NCBI RefSeq assembly: GCF_052425735.1 | Contig: NC_135758.1 | Coordinates: forward strand, 48,360,001-48,424,000 | Direction of reading: 5' to 3' | From: Oculina patagonica | Taxonomy: Eukaryota | Length of the DNA: 64,000 nucleotides | Part shown: piece by piece, positions 28,701 to 44,744 of the stretch | Layout of the letters: each line of letters starts with the position of its first letter | Position numbering within the stretch: position 1 is the stretch's first letter | Notes under the pieces: generated by a model | Databases searched by the model: none | What the model was told of the DNA's origin: nothing | Seen by the model: only the letters and a program-made list of their open reading frames with translations | Translations under genes and position numbers: made by a program

Positions 28701-31622
28701 ATCTAGTGTTACATAATACCGTGCAGCTAATACGGGTTCCAATATGGAACATCAGTTTGCATTTAGCCTCTCTCAAACTGAACTCAGTCAAACTCGCCTT
28801 GTTTTAATATTGTTGTAGACCTGTTTGTATGTTCTACGCCTTGTGTTTTATCGATGGTGACCGACGGTCATTGAAAAACGTACATGTTTTAAAGACAGTA
28901 TCACAAGTTGCTAAAGAAGAATTAAACAGGCTATCTTACAATGGCATGCGTTTGTTTCGTCAAGAAACGCCAAGGACTTCTAACAGCTACAAACAACTAC
29001 GCGGCTCGTATCAAGCTAGCTGCTGATACTAAACAATGGCGAACTCAGACACATGGCTTGAACGAGGAAAAAAATAAATTACCAACGTCAGCATGCTAAC
29101 TGAAAAATATCTATAAAAGGGGTTTGTTTATTTTACTCCATATTGAAAATAACACTTTTCTCACCAACAAACGTCTTTCCAGCCGTTCAAACTGTCCTTG
29201 CCCTTATTTCTGTTTTCTTTGCCTGAAAACCACAACAGACCCTGCCCATTCGGTCCGCAAAAACACTGAGAATTTATGGTAATTGAAAACACATTAGTAA
29301 AATTGCTGTATAACAGCGAATAAAGTCGTTTGAATGGGCTCGCACTGTGCTCACATTGCAGGTGGCTTGAGTAACTAGAGCTTTATCAAAGGACACAGGA
29401 ATTTGCATCCCCAGAGATAAAGGGAATCGCCGCTTTTCCGACTTCTGGTGGCTAAAAGTAGAATTTGCACAGCCGTTGGACAGAAATCATCGTAAATGAA
29501 AAGTAAACAAAAATTTAAATAGAATCATGTCGATTTTTAAAAAATGTAACAACAAGACAGCAGATTTAGGAATAGCTGTATTTGAAAGTGTCCTTTTTGA
29601 GGCAAACTTTCCCGATGTTCTCGTTACACATAAATAAAAAATGAAATCTTACGAGGAGTGTTCAGCCCTGGTTTCAATGTAAGCTGCTTAGCATCCCAAA
29701 ATAATTAAATACTCATACATAACCATTCGTGGGATGGTGTTTGACATCTTACCATCAATTGCTTTTGATCTGACAGAAAAGTATGTTATATACATTATGA
29801 TTCTTTGCATAGTTTCACCATTTGTTGATAACTTGTTTCTCATAAATGTTCAACGTTCAAACTATTGAAGGATTAAATGTCTCCAAGCTTTATTCCTTCT
29901 CCAGATCACGAAACAACTGCCCATGTGTCAAACTGATCAGAGGTAATAACAACAGCATATGCCTTTTTTTCTGCCAAGATTTTCCGCCTACTCATTCCAT
30001 TTTAATAAAAGACCCTTTTTTTAAGACATCTTGCTCAAAATTAAATCTAATAGTTAATTAAAGTTGATAAATTTTTCTTCTGCTTGAGACCGGAGCATTA
30101 GAGGAATTTTACTTTACATCTGTTATGTTGAATTGTTTTTCTGCTACATAATAGAAGTCTTACTATTTGGTCTACGAAACAACAATTAGGGGTCTTTGCT
30201 TAACTGCCGACGTTTTATTAATGAATGGAAAAATAAGAAGATTTCTCGATAGGAGCCATTTAGGTATTTCCGCCAATAAATTAACAGCACATTTTAGTTT
30301 CAATGTAGATTAAAGTTTCAGCACTTAGGACCATTTGTTAGAGGAACCAAGTTGGTCAAGCCACAAGAACACAATGTAACTAGATACGCTTATCAAGGGA
30401 TAAACGCCGCTTAGCCTGAAAACAAACCATTAACTTAAAACCCTATAAAATTAATGACTAATTCCGAATCAAGAGGCAATCCGCCCATCTCTCTAGGTTT
30501 ATAGTTGATTAATACCTAATGATTTAAAAGTATCTTATCAGAAGTCACTTTAACTGCTCTTTATTTGATCGTTTGCTTTAGCTTTGTAATACTATTAAAA
30601 CATGTGGCTTACGGGTGTGCACCTCATGAAAGATTGGCCCTCGGGCTAACTTAAAATGGTCGGATATGTTTATGTTTGGATAATATCCATCTTCACCGGA
30701 ATGTTCGATGAAGTGGGTCTGTTAGAACACTGTTAGAGAGGTAACGGTGTGCTAAAGATATTTAATGGCCATGAATCTTAAGGTGCGCCTTATTATTTTG
30801 CCAGTTTAACTTTGTTTAACCCTTCAGCATTGCTCACCCATTTGACAATCTTTTCGCTTCAGGATATAATTGAGTATAAATATGGTGAATACTTTCACAG
30901 CAAGATATTTTCCGTCGCATTAGATCATATATATTTTAATTTGTTACAACGTGCATTCAATTATTTCTCCCATTGAGCCAAAGTTAGCTTTTTGGCAACC
31001 TCTGTTCAGTTGCCATATTAAACCGAGTACAGAATTGGCTGCTCTCGAGTCAAAAGGTAAGGCATCGCTAAATTAACGTGTAAATCCAGTAATTTGTCTT
31101 ATTTTTTTTATATAAAGGAACGAATTTCTTTTGTTGGTTATTTCTGAGGCTTCCTCTCCATCTGATTTAAATTTTTTGAACAAGATAAAACCTTTTGTCG
31201 AACCGGTAAAGGGTCGGAAATTTTCTGCTAGCAATTTTTAACCGAACGTCACTTCTTATCAGCTTGCTGATCTGTTCTTGTGTGTCCGTGTCAATGAAGG
31301 TTTAACTGTTTTAGATCATAGTGAGATAAAACTGAGCAGGTTTTGTAGTAACGCTTTTGGAAAGTTTAATTTTGGCATCTGTTTACTACACTCCTTACGG
31401 GTAAAAATATTTTATCCGTTCTATGCTATAGTGTGAAAAATTTGGGTAACCATCTCTTGTGATAGTAACATAGAATCTGCACAGAATCGTTCTCAGTTGC
31501 TGATGAGTTGTGCATTTTATGAACTTCATTTCATATATTGTGCTAGAGGACACCATCCAGACATGGTTTAGGTTTAATTAACTTGGATGTGATACATTAT
31601 TATTTTGTAGCCATTATCCAAA

Positions 31623-32382
<760 letters not shown>

Positions 32383-34364
32383 TTTATAACTGACAAAAAA
32401 AAACACATCTTTCTTTACGTTTCATTTCTTTATTGGCTTGGACCTTAGAAGCGCTATACAGCTTATAACAAACAATATGGTGTATAAAGAAACTTGGTAA
32501 AGGATTAACACTGTATCAGTGTTTGTATTTTGACGAAATAATGTATAACTGACGGTCCACTGAAAAATTCATGTGGTAAAAGAATGGATAGGGTGTTATT
32601 GATTTTTCTTCGGTAATGAATAGCTAATTAATAACTGTCAGAATACTGTGTCCATATGAGCGCAAGCCCATGATGGAGGGAGATATATATAGACACGTAA
32701 ATAAAGTCTCTTTGAAGCTTTTACGTGTTCTTTATGAATTCAATTGAGTGGATTGTTGGAGAATTGAACATAATACTGAAAATTTATTCCCTGAATTGAA
32801 GTGATGTTTTTACTTAGTTTAACGATAAATTATATGCTTGTAGAGTAAGGATTTTCTATCTAGAAACGGCGTGACACAGTTGGTATACCAGCATTTCTAT
32901 CGGAGCATTCTTAAAAACCTTACAGACGTTGACAACATATGTTACTGCACTAGCCATTACGGATCTGTTGAATGTTTCTTTTATCAAACTTTATTTCATG
33001 ATTCTAATACATCCCATGATTCAAAGCTACTCTTACAAGTCCTTTTTTCTCGTATGAGAAAACAAGACGCATTCCAGTCGTAGTAGAACTTTCAAACTTT
33101 TTCGTCCTGAGTTTAGGCAAGTGAGATTTTTATGGCCTCGTATGTGTAGGAGCGATAGTACACTTTTAATTAAATTGTCTGCTTACTACATAATGCCTTG
33201 AAATTCTTCTATCTTTCTGCTTGAAATATTTGTCGTGCAACTGTGTCAGCTGCAAAACAACGCCATCTATATTCAAAGTCTTTGGTGATATAGCAAAAGA
33301 ATGCTAATGTTTCATTTGGAGCCTTGATGCTCAATGTGTCCCGGCTTTTCTTTTTCCCTTTAAACTTAATACGTAACAAACAAAAACTATTGACGTGTAC
33401 AAATAAGTTTGAATTTGTTTTTATTTTTGGCATGATTGAAAAAGTGGAAATATCCCACTTTAAATAAGTTGAACAATTTTGATATTGTTTCTAGCTTCTT
33501 GTTTTTACATTTTTCACAAGTTGTTCTTTAGTTTATCCTTGAAGCATCTTATCCGCCAATTTGGCTGATAGATTGAACTAGGTGAGTAAGACTAAGTGTT
33601 GAAAAGCGGAAAAAATTTCAGTCGCGACAATTTTTGAGTAACTGAATCCAGTACAAAGAAATTGAAAAAATTGAAAATTATCGTCTTTTGAAGAACAGCT
33701 TCTAACGTAAGCCTAAGGCTCTTGGATGTTTTGAATTTTTGTTATTTACATATGTGGCCCAGGCATAAGGCAAGTGAAATCATAACATATATTTGATGAC
33801 AGCTTTATATTAAAAAAAGAAAAGTTAAAATAATTGGTTCATAACTGTAGTTGAAACATATTAAATTGCTGGGAAAAGGATATACGTTCTCGTGTGTTAG
33901 GTATTACATATTTCTTGATAAATTTAACTCACTGGAATCAGCAATACTGGATTATTGAGCTGTATAGAACTTTAAAGTTTATGTTATCATTTCGGGACAT
34001 GCTTGATTGTTTTTTTAGTATCTTCCACGTTTGGGTAGCGATGTGAAGGCATTGTTATTAGTCTGTAAGGTCATTGAGAAATATCAGAAACTTTTTTTTA
34101 TTTAATCAGTTTTTTAGTGTCTCAGAGCCACTTTCGTAAGATATGCGACATCTTGTGATCTTTTGTTAAAAGTTTTTCGTGGGGAGTTTGTATTTTTTAA
34201 TGAAGAGAAATGTACGGATTGCAGTCTTTTGAGTTGCACACATATTTCAAAAGTTCGTTAAAAAGTTTCATTACAAAACATCTTTACTTGTAAATTTGTA
34301 TTCTTTAGTGTTAAGTTTTCTTTAGCTTATAAAAAAAAGTTTACATTTTTATATTGTACATACT

Positions 34365-34450
34365 TTTATTGTCCCAGGGCCCCTTTGGATACCAGCCTCG
34401 TTGCTAAATGGACTACCCTGGCTAAATAAAGTTTCTTTCTTACTTATTAC
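34365..34450 (+). mobile_element. CR1/L2-like LINE 3' end
   Basis: CCAGGG...CCCTGG stem followed by AATAAAG and a short simple-repeat tail. Confidence 0.45.
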
Positions 34451-34947
34451 CACATATCCTCATACGCTCGGACGTCGAAGCTTAAAAGCATCAAATCAAG
34501 AAATAAGATTACAAATAGAATAAACACATCACGAAATCTTTTGGTAACAAAAATTCGTCACCAACATTTATGGACAAACCTTTGTTTTAAAATTAAAAGT
34601 AACCATTCGAGTCGAAAGATTTTTCTAGCAAATGTGATCTTAAGAGTATCGATTTCTATTCAAGAAGAAAGAGTAGACTTTTTGTATGATGTGTTTTCTT
34701 TAAGATTTGTATTTGAAAAAAAAAGGTTTTTTGATTATATGTTAGTGACTCAAACACCATTTTGCACTATGGTCGGCAAATTAGAATCACTTTTTACCTT
34801 TTAGTAGCACACCTAGTCAGTTTAACGAATCGACGTTCATCAGAGTATGAGGTAAATGAAACAGTTAAACAGCAACAGGTTTATTATCTTTATCTTCAAC
34901 CTGAAGATTTCAGCTCTAGTACAAGTAAATTAATTTATTGATAAGGA

Positions 34948-34966
34948 TAATAATAATAATTATAAT

Positions 34967-35010
<44 letters not shown>
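34948..35010. repeat. (TAA)n microsatellite, probably a LINE tail
   Basis: About 20 imperfect TAA units followed by CTTTATTT (AATAAAG on the minus strand). Confidence 0.85.
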
Positions 35011-35011
<1 letters not shown>

Positions 35012-36474
35012 TTTATTTATCCTGGTAAAGACCGGTCAGTCGATCAAAGATATAGATTGACTGGTATATAATCGGTGACCAGTATAAAAAATTACAAGCA
35101 TAAAATTTACAATTACAAATCTAAAAAGTATGAATTATATACAAAAATTTAAATGTAAATTGTAAAAGTGTGATTTACACTATCCATGTTTGTTAGATGA
35201 GTGAATGTTTTGCCTTTAAATTGTGCAAGTGTTGTGAGCTCTTGGCAGTTTGTTCCAGGCACTCGCAGCCGAAACACAATATTTCCACCCATGCGTTACA
35301 CCCCCTATTGTATTCAACGTAATCAAGGAAGAGATCTCCACGGATTATTGTCTTGCACACCAACTTCAAAAGTGAACTATTGACTAAAACACGCTGTGAC
35401 ATGTAACTAATCATTATATAACACATATGTTTCAGATCATTGCAGCCTGTAGCCTGCGTGGTAGCCTGTTGCTCTTGACTGAATGATTTTTGTCTAAGCA
35501 TTCTGCGCCCCACAAAAAAGAGTTATTCTTGACCCATAAACTTACAGCCTGTTAAGGATTATCTGACTTATGTCTTTCATTTCAACCCTTAAAAAGCTTT
35601 AATCGCCTCTTAGTAAAACCACTAGCTCGAGAGCAATAAACGATTATAAACAAACAAAAGATCAGACTGAGATAGGATTTTATCCACTTATAAGATTAAA
35701 ATCTAAATGGCTTTCGGTACCTAATTCAGGTCCCCAGATTGATCACTTAGACCAACCAGTCGGAAAATGCAGATAATCTCAAGGATTTAGTGAAAACTGA
35801 TGTGAGGGGTTACGTATGTCCTTCGAGCCAATTTGGTTGCTGGCACGCGACAGGGCTTCTTCTTAAATGAGAGATAGCAGTGAATTTAGAGTTCATGTCA
35901 ATGCTTGAAGAAAGGTTGTATTTCGATATATAAACTGTCTGAAGATTCCTTAAAGACAATTTGTTGCTTTTTGGTCAATTTTGAAAAGTACACGGTCTTC
36001 TAAGAAAACAAGCGCTGGCAAGCATCAATACGGAAATGGACAATGTAAAGATTTCAGCGATCATGATGATAACTTACCAATTAAACTCTTAGTGGGGGAG
36101 GGTCTCTGCTTGAAATACGTATCTTTCATCAAGTGCAGAATGAGGGGGTTTAATTTTTTAACTATCCGTGCCGCTATTCATCACATGTTTTACATGGTTC
36201 ATCAACACACATTTCGTTTAACGACGAGGGAAAACAAGTCTTTGTCTCACAATTTTTTTCAGACTAACTTTTCAGACGACTGAAAGCTTCTTATGATAAA
36301 TCAAAAACAAACGTTACTTCTGTCGATAATTATCGGTTTTCCTAGAAAACCAAATCCGTTTCCTTGTCGCTTTTTATGCTTTAAATAAATAGCAATTATG
36401 GGAAAGGAAATTCGGCGGGTTTTTGTCATAAACATCTCAGGAAAACGTCACAGATGTAACCTAATAATCTTGGA

Positions 36475-36560
36475 GATTAGACAATTGTCTGGCAATGTGG
36501 GCTTGACATTTGTTGAACTCCTTCATACATTCAAGGAATTAGCATTCCCATCACGCAACC
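36475..36560 (+). promoter_or_regulatory. Conserved distal element ~510 bp upstream of gene 5
   Basis: GCTTGACATTTGTTGAACT (36501-36519) is identical to the gene 1 distal element. Confidence 0.7.
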
Positions 36561-36816
36561 ATTAAAAACGATAAGCAAATTCTTCCTGAAGTCCAAGGAG
36601 TAATAAAATTTTACCAGGGAACACATGATGCTATTTTGGCCCTGTAATTTGGTCGATTATATATTTGAAATCTCTTGTTTTCACCAACGTCAACAAGCGG
36701 AAACAATTTTTGAGCGATGATCACGAAAGTATTACTGCTGGTAATGTATAATGGCTCTCTTAGCCGGCGAAGCATTTGATGATCTCATTAGAGCTGACCC
36801 AGCTCAGGTGACAAGC

Positions 36817-36960
36817 GCTTATATGTCTGTTTACAATAACTCCAATCATTTACCGGCCCTTTGTTGTGTAAAGTGGAAATAAGTGAAGGTTAGCAGACCT
36901 TCTCTAATTGGCTGTCAAACAGATTACTGGAGTCCGGATGTTGGTATCATAATATTTAGC
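36817..36960 (+). promoter_or_regulatory. Conserved proximal promoter module of homeobox gene 5
   Basis: TGTTTAC..CATTTACCGG..CTTTGT..AAGTGGAAA..CTAATTGGCTGTCAAA..TCCGGATGTTGGTATCA..AATATTTAGC, collinear with genes 1 and 2. Confidence 0.85.
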
Positions 36961-37031
36961 AATTACAAATAGTTGTTGCCTTTAATTTGGACCTGTCGAA
37001 GGGCGTACTTGTTCATCATAGCACCACTTTC

Positions 37032-37761
<730 letters not shown>

Positions 37762-39140
37762 ATACTTTTCACAAGAAGCCGTTACTTGTATTATTCGCAT
37801 ACAAACTCCGTGTAAGCATAAATGACATGAAACAGCTCACTATCATGTGAAATTTCGTTCGAATTTAAAATTCTATCCCCTCATTTCTTCATAGACTTGT
37901 ACTGAAAAATCTTTCGAAAATTGCGGTAATTTTTTATTAAGACAATTACCGCTGCTGAGAAATCCGTCCCGAGAATAGTCCAGAACCAGTTGCTGACTTT
38001 TCCCTGTGACGGAATGAAGGAAAATGAAACCAAAGGAAACCGCAACAAATTGTCGGAGCACTCCTTTCAGCTGCTTTCAGTCTGCAAGTTTTGCCCGAAC
38101 ACTGTCTAACAATTTAAACAATTTTAAACAAGCGTTACGACTTCTTTTCCTTCGTAGGAAAAGTAATATTAATTAGTAATTATAAGATCCTTAACTTAAT
38201 CTTAACGTTGTTATATCGCATTCAAGTATCTCTAATATAAAGGTTTACAATATTGGATTCTCCCAAGTGCAAGGACAGGCTTTTGAAAGTGCATGGTAAA
38301 CGACTTCCCAGTTAGAAAAAAATGTGTCTTACTAAAACACAACTCATTATAAGATTAATTTACCTAGTCTAATTGATATAAATGAGCTACTGACCCACAC
38401 ATTTAAATATTGTGTAGAATTCTTCATTCGCCGTGAGAACCATACTGGACGTTAGAAAAACGATACATTTATATACGCATGAACGAGTGGATTTTTTGCC
38501 ACTTTAAAAATATGATATAAATAATATAAATGGGTAAAAGATGGACCGTGGAACTGTGTGCTTTTCTGTGTCACTGTTAATTGTGTTTAAATGGGCCTAT
38601 GACCAAGAACGGAGGCTGTACCCTCGGTTGACCATATGTTGTTAATCTATCTTATTTTCACAAAGGTTTTCTTAGCATTTAACAAGTAGGGATCGCTGAT
38701 CGGATTTCTCAAAAGATGGCAATGAAAGTGATCAAGGAGAAGAAGTTCGTTATCCCCTCAATTTGGATTTTATAACAATTCCTAAGAAACTGTTATGAGT
38801 TTTAGCACCTGGTGATTTTCGCGTGCAAAACGAGGAGCCACTCGTTTTAATCAAGAATCGTCTAGCCAACTAAAACAGTAAAACGTAAAACATCGAAGAG
38901 CCTGTTACCTGGTTCGTTATCGGGCCTTGTGCTCCCAACACGCAACATGGATTCTGGATGTTTTTCTTGTGGTTGGATAAAAATGTGCTTTTAAAACTGG
39001 CCCGCAGGGAACGGAAGCCCGCTCAAACTGACGACCCCGAAATTATCAGAAGGTCGAGACGGGAACTTCACAGCGACCACTTTTGTTTTTACCGCTGAAT
39101 AAGACAAAATTATTTCAATTAAAACGTTTCTGCATCCTAT

Positions 39141-39355
39141 CCCGCATTCTATGAATCCTGAAGAAACGTGCTCAATTTTGGCAGACGTACTTCAATTTGA
39201 AATCAGCCATTTTTTTTCACAAACTAGCTTCATAAACAGAGAGAGATTCCCGCATTCTATGAATCCTGAAAAAAAAATGTGCTCGATTTTGGCAGACTTC
39301 AATTTGAGATCAGCTATTTTTTTTCTCCAACTAGCTTGGTACACTGAGAGAGAAC
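39141..39355. repeat. Tandem duplication of a ~107-bp unit
   Basis: CCCGCATTCTATGAATCCTGAA...TTTTGGCAGAC...AACTAGCTT occurs twice (from ~39141 and ~39249). Confidence 0.85.
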
Positions 39356-41237
39356 AGAGGACTGTTAATCACTGAATTAAGTTAATTTATTGTCCAGTGT
39401 TTGTTATAAACTAGTCAAACTTTGACTAAAGTCCTTTGGACATCTAAGAGAAAGAAAAGAAAAGTGGACAACTGATATCAAAATGTTCAATACACGAAGA
39501 CTTTCTAATGTTGTCTAATGTAGCGTTTGTTTTCTTGCAAGACAAAGGGGAACATTACTTTAGACAACATTAATACCTCACTGTCGCAACAAGTTTATAA
39601 CAATTTTGGAGGAGAATCGCTACTCTATCCTGACTAAATTTCTGTTTGGCCCTGCGGTAGTCACGTTTTAGTTTTATATTCCGTGTTTTTTAACGCTCGA
39701 TCTTCAACATTCATATATCTGTATAACTGCTCGTTGTTTTATTGAAACATCAGCTGGGCCGATGTTCATTAATCACGGCTGTTTTAGACGAGCCCTCCCA
39801 CCAATATGTTGAAATACCACAGACTTTGAAAAGTTGGCAAAAAATATCCAAGAATGCATTTCTGTGTGTTTTCACTCGTCAATTTGTTTTGCACAGTAAG
39901 CTTCGACAAAAACAAATAATCAAGGCAAGTCTACAGGCGAGTCAACGTTTGTGGCACTGTTTATTGATGACTTTTTTTAAATATCCCAATTAGCAGCACG
40001 GAAATATTCTAATGTTGTGTAGATTTGTTAATTTTGACTTCTCAAAGGTTTTCCCTCGTGGGACCACAAGCAAAACATTTCGATTTTCCATGATTCTTCT
40101 TTAACGTTTATTTTTTCCAAAAGGAATTTTCTCGTGGCACTTAAAGTGTACTCAATGACTCATCTGCCTGGTACTTATCGTTTCTATTTAGTTCAGTATT
40201 TAATACCATCAAATGCCTCTTAAAGAAAGCACCTTCTTACTCGGGAAATGACCCTGTAATAGTAAACAACACTCGTCATTTAAAGTGTAATAGTAGTTTT
40301 AATTTAGAGGGCGGTGGCGGGAGTCAATTTCCAAATACACCCAGGTAATGTACATTTGTATTTTTTATGTACTTTTTTAGTTTCTTTTTGGTAGAGGCCC
40401 GTGTTCAAATAAGTACAATTTATTAAGAAAGGAATAACAATGCTTTAAAATGTATGTGGATCCCTGAAATTAAAGTTTCTACTTAGCAGATTACGTTGCA
40501 TCCGGTCAACTCATGGCACGACACTCTGTTTTCTTTTTTTCCACACTAGTCGTACAATTAATTGGAATACAATGGTCTCTTTGGAGAAAGCTATATGAAA
40601 AATAGACAGTTTGTCGTGTAAATAAATATCTTATCGTATCTGCTTTACACCGTGAAAAAGACATTTTGAGGTTTTGGGCTCGGATCGATTTTCTTACTTT
40701 CTTCTTTTTACCGTCATTCCTAGTTTCGTTTTTCTAGCCTCAAGTTTGACTTGAGTGGTGTGGAGAAAAGATAGACAAATTCCCGGGGAAAAAGTTTAGT
40801 CAATCAATAGTTTTATTTGTGCCTTGTTTGAATTTCTTTAAGCCAAACTCAAACTGTATCTAAACTAATTAAAGCTCTGTGGGAGAGTTAAGCAGATGAA
40901 CTGGAGGTGTGTGGATCCTGTGGCTAAAAAGTCAACACCACATAAAGTGCTCAAAGGTAAGTAAGTTAGCCAAGTCAAATCTGAGAATTCGCAGACACGT
41001 GGAGCTGTTTACGAGCAGGGCAAGGTGGTTAAGGGAAACTTCTTCCTAAAAATGAAGCTTTTTAAAGGCTAAATGTTGTTTCTGTGTCCTGTACTTCTGT
41101 GTCTTCTTCCCTGGTATAGTTGGCATTTGATAGTACGTGTTTAAAATAACAGTGTTTCTTTTACAAGTGAAATTTATATTTATAGCGACATTTCTTGCCG
41201 GAGCATATTTCTTACCTTGTTAAAAGCAATACGGCTT

Positions 41238-43603
41238 GATGACATCATATAGATGAGCACTAACAGTAAGCATTGCAGAGACATTTTGTTTCCTACAAAG
41301 TATAATTTCGTTTGAATATGTTTTAACTCTTTAGAGTTTGTTGTTGAAATTGATAACTTTTATCCCATGCGACGTCTTTCTATATGATTAAAATAAAGCT
41401 AATCTATCTCTTTGATCAGTTTGAATTTCAGCCACAATATATAATGCTGATCTTGTCTTACTGTAAAAAAATGGGCTTTTCTAACTTCGGCGGCTACTTA
41501 TTGCTGTAAAGTTTTTAAACAATTTTCCCTGGCTTATTTGCTAAGTTGGTACAGATCTAAAATTTTGAAAGGTTTGAGTTAAAAGATGAAAAGGCAATAA
41601 CGTCGAAAGATAGGTAGTTTAGTTTTAGTTCAGATTTAGATGACACGAAAACATCTTTTGTTTATAAATTCTTTCAGAAATCCCTCCATTCATTCAAAAT
41701 CTCGCTGATTCTCGATCTCGTTACGACCAATTCTGTAAACTACTGTGTAAGTCCAAAATTCCTCTTATGTTTCATACGATAATTGTTTTGCTTCAAGCAC
41801 GCTGTTTCATTTTCTGTTAATCTCTTTGAGTCGGTTTTGTTAAAAAAACTGACTTCGTCAGGCTTAAAAACTGTTTCATGCTAGCAGATGTGATTTTGAG
41901 GGATTTAATAAGTGAATACTGGTTATCATCCAAATTCACCATTTGCCATTTGCCAATGGGCATCTCAAGCTGCTCAAATATATACTAGTTATGCAACGCT
42001 TTGGTGTTTTTTGTTTTTTTTTTTTTTTGGGGGTTAAAAAAAATTTTTTTTTAATTTGGGGGGAATTTTTTTTTAGAATCGTATGTCACGCCATCTATTT
42101 GAGGAAATACTGCGCTTTGTGCAACTCAAGGACTAAACTCACGTGTTTTGCACGATACCGATATAAAATAAGTTCCCTCTGAACTAATATCAAATCGATT
42201 TTCAGTTTTTCTCCGTTTTTGGTGGTTGTTGCTGCCTTCTTGTTAGAGCTGGGTTTTTAAACATTTCAAAACAAGTGTAATTCCTTTATTTTTTTTAATT
42301 TTGAATGATCAGTATTAACATGAAGGTATTAAAATGATACTTTTAGGTACAACAGGTTCCAGCTGTTTTGACAGCCTTCCGAGAAGCTTAAGCTTAGTAC
42401 TAATCAAATATAAAGCCGAAAAGCTGCTTTAGATAAAAAAAAAAGGTCTCCAACCTCCAAACAGTCGTCCAAAAGTCTTAAACCTACCAAAACAATTTTC
42501 CTACCTTGTTCAAAACAACATCTTCATGACGTCATGTAAATGAGCACTACCAGTAGGCGCTTAAGGACTTTTTGTTTCCATTGTAATTTGTTTGAACATG
42601 TTTTAACCTATTTAGAGTTTGTTTTTGAAATTGATAACATTTATCCAACGCGACGTCTTTTTTTATGATTAATGGGATACCAAATAAAGCTAATCTATCC
42701 CTTTGATGTTTGAATTTTTTAACCCCATCTTATCTTGTGTAACTGTAAAATGTTTTTATTGATTTTGACGGTTGTTTATTGCTGAATTTTTTTTAAACAA
42801 TTTTGCTTGGCGTAGTTGTTGGGTGGGTACAAATCTAAATTTTTAAAAGTTTTGAGTTAACCATGAGAAGGCAATGACGAAGAATAAGTTGTTAAGATTA
42901 AGAACTTGATGACAAAAAGATATCTTTTGTGTAGTACATTCTCCCAGAAATTCCTTCATTTATTAAAAATCTTCCTGATTCGCGGCAGCTTTCTATTTTC
43001 ATCCATTTCTGTAATCCCTGTATAAGTTCAAAAATCCTCTTATGTTTCACACGGTATTTTTTTAGCTTCAAGCATGCCGTTTAATTTTCTGTTAGTCTCC
43101 TTTAGTCGACTTTGTTTAAAAGCTGGCTTCGTCTTAAAAATTGTTAGAAAATTTCGAACATGTGATTAAAAAGGATTTAAGTAAATACTGGTTTTCATCT
43201 AAATTCGCCATTTGTAAGTGTTAAATAAGCATCTAATACACAGCGGTTCGCCCCCCCCCCCCCCCGGGGTTTCGCGCAGCGTTTGTGCAACTCAAGGACT
43301 CGCGGGTTTTGCGCGACACCGATATAAAATAAGCTCACATCAAACTTTTTTATCAAATCGTTTCCTGTTTCTGGTGATTGTTATTGCTTTATTTTGTTGT
43401 TTTTGTCAGAGTTTTTTTTTTTTTACAACTCAAGACAAATGGTATTTTCATTTCTTTATTTCTTGGAATGATGATTGATGATTAAAATGATACTTTTAGA
43501 TTTTCGTCGCTCCAGCTGTTCTGACAGCCTTCCGAGAAGCTTAAGCTTAGTACTAATCGAATATAAAGTCAAAAAGCTGCTTTAGATAAATAAGGTCTCC
43601 AAC
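41238..43603. repeat. Diverged ~1.1-1.2 kb tandem duplication (41238-42454 and 42526-43603)
   Basis: Collinear anchors throughout: ATGAGCACTA, TTTAGAGTTTG, GCGACGTCTTT, CCTCTTATGTTTCA, GCAACTCAAGGAC, CCGATATAAAATAAG, CCAGCTGTT..GGTCTCCAAC. Confidence 0.85.
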
Positions 43604-44564
43604 TCACACCAAAATAACAATTAAAAACAGAGCTTAAATTAATTGTTAATTGTAACATTGTTGCTGTTATTGCTGTTTATTTGATTTGCTACCTTCTTGA
43701 TTTGATTTGTACACATAAATATTCAAGAATGAGTAAGTTTCTATGAGTTATATACACGTTTGTTTTGCATGTCAGATACTATTACCTCCATCTTTTAGTT
43801 TTTAATTTCTTTGCATCCTGCCTCTTAAAATATAAATAACTATTCATTCTAAAAGGAAACGAGGCCTCTCTTACAAGATTATTAGGAATTACCGGTGATA
43901 TTTCCCGCAAACTGACCTCCGCATGAGTACAATATACAACACTTCAATTCATAAATCCCTAATCCCACAGAGAGATTTATAACATTTTTAAAAGTGCTAG
44001 GAATACTAGTTTACCTCCTGCAGCGAAAAAATCTCTAAAAAATACTTTTTTAACACAACAATAATTAACACTAGCTCCTAACATCTTTTCTTAAAAAGAG
44101 TCTGAGAAGTTTATCTTAAATAATCTCAAAGAAATAAGAGAAGCAACATTGCCAGTTACAACAGTGTTAAAAAGTTAACACAGTTAAATATGGCAACCAT
44201 CTGTTCGGAACTTTTTTCTGCCTTGCAAGACAGTACAAGAACATTCCCGTTTCGATGATTATATGATTATGGAATTTGCCGTGTAATTATTTAAATAAGC
44301 AGACTCCTCTATGAACAGAACTTTTCATAAACTTAAACCATAGAACGTTTGGTTGGACCGAAGATGCAGTAATTTACGAAAATACACTTGTACTGTGAAT
44401 AGCAATTTTTTATTATTAGTTTTTTAGCATATTTCTCAAAAAATCTCATACATTCAACATTAGTAGTAACAAAATACATATTCTTTGTTTTGTGTGGTGC
44501 TGAAAGCTTTTTATGGGTCGTATTTGCTGTTCCGGTCAATGATTGAGCTAGACTTAGAAATTAA

Positions 44565-44744
44565 ATGGGTTATGTCACGGTAAGTTGAGTATGTTGTGAT
44601 TTACAAAGTTACCTTCAAACCGATGGGCCTCAAAATAAAATTTGTTTAAGTAAAATAAAAAACAGTTACTGTAAGAGGTGGTAAGACAAAATTGAAAACT
44701 TTAGTTTAAACTTTTCAAGATGCGCCATATTTGACATAGCTCCT
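44565..44744. mobile_element. Shorter copy of the TTAA-flanked (Kolobok-like) element
   Basis: TTAA|ATGGGTTATGTCACG ... TGACATAGCTCCT|TTAA; ends resemble those of 19910-20292. Confidence 0.5.
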
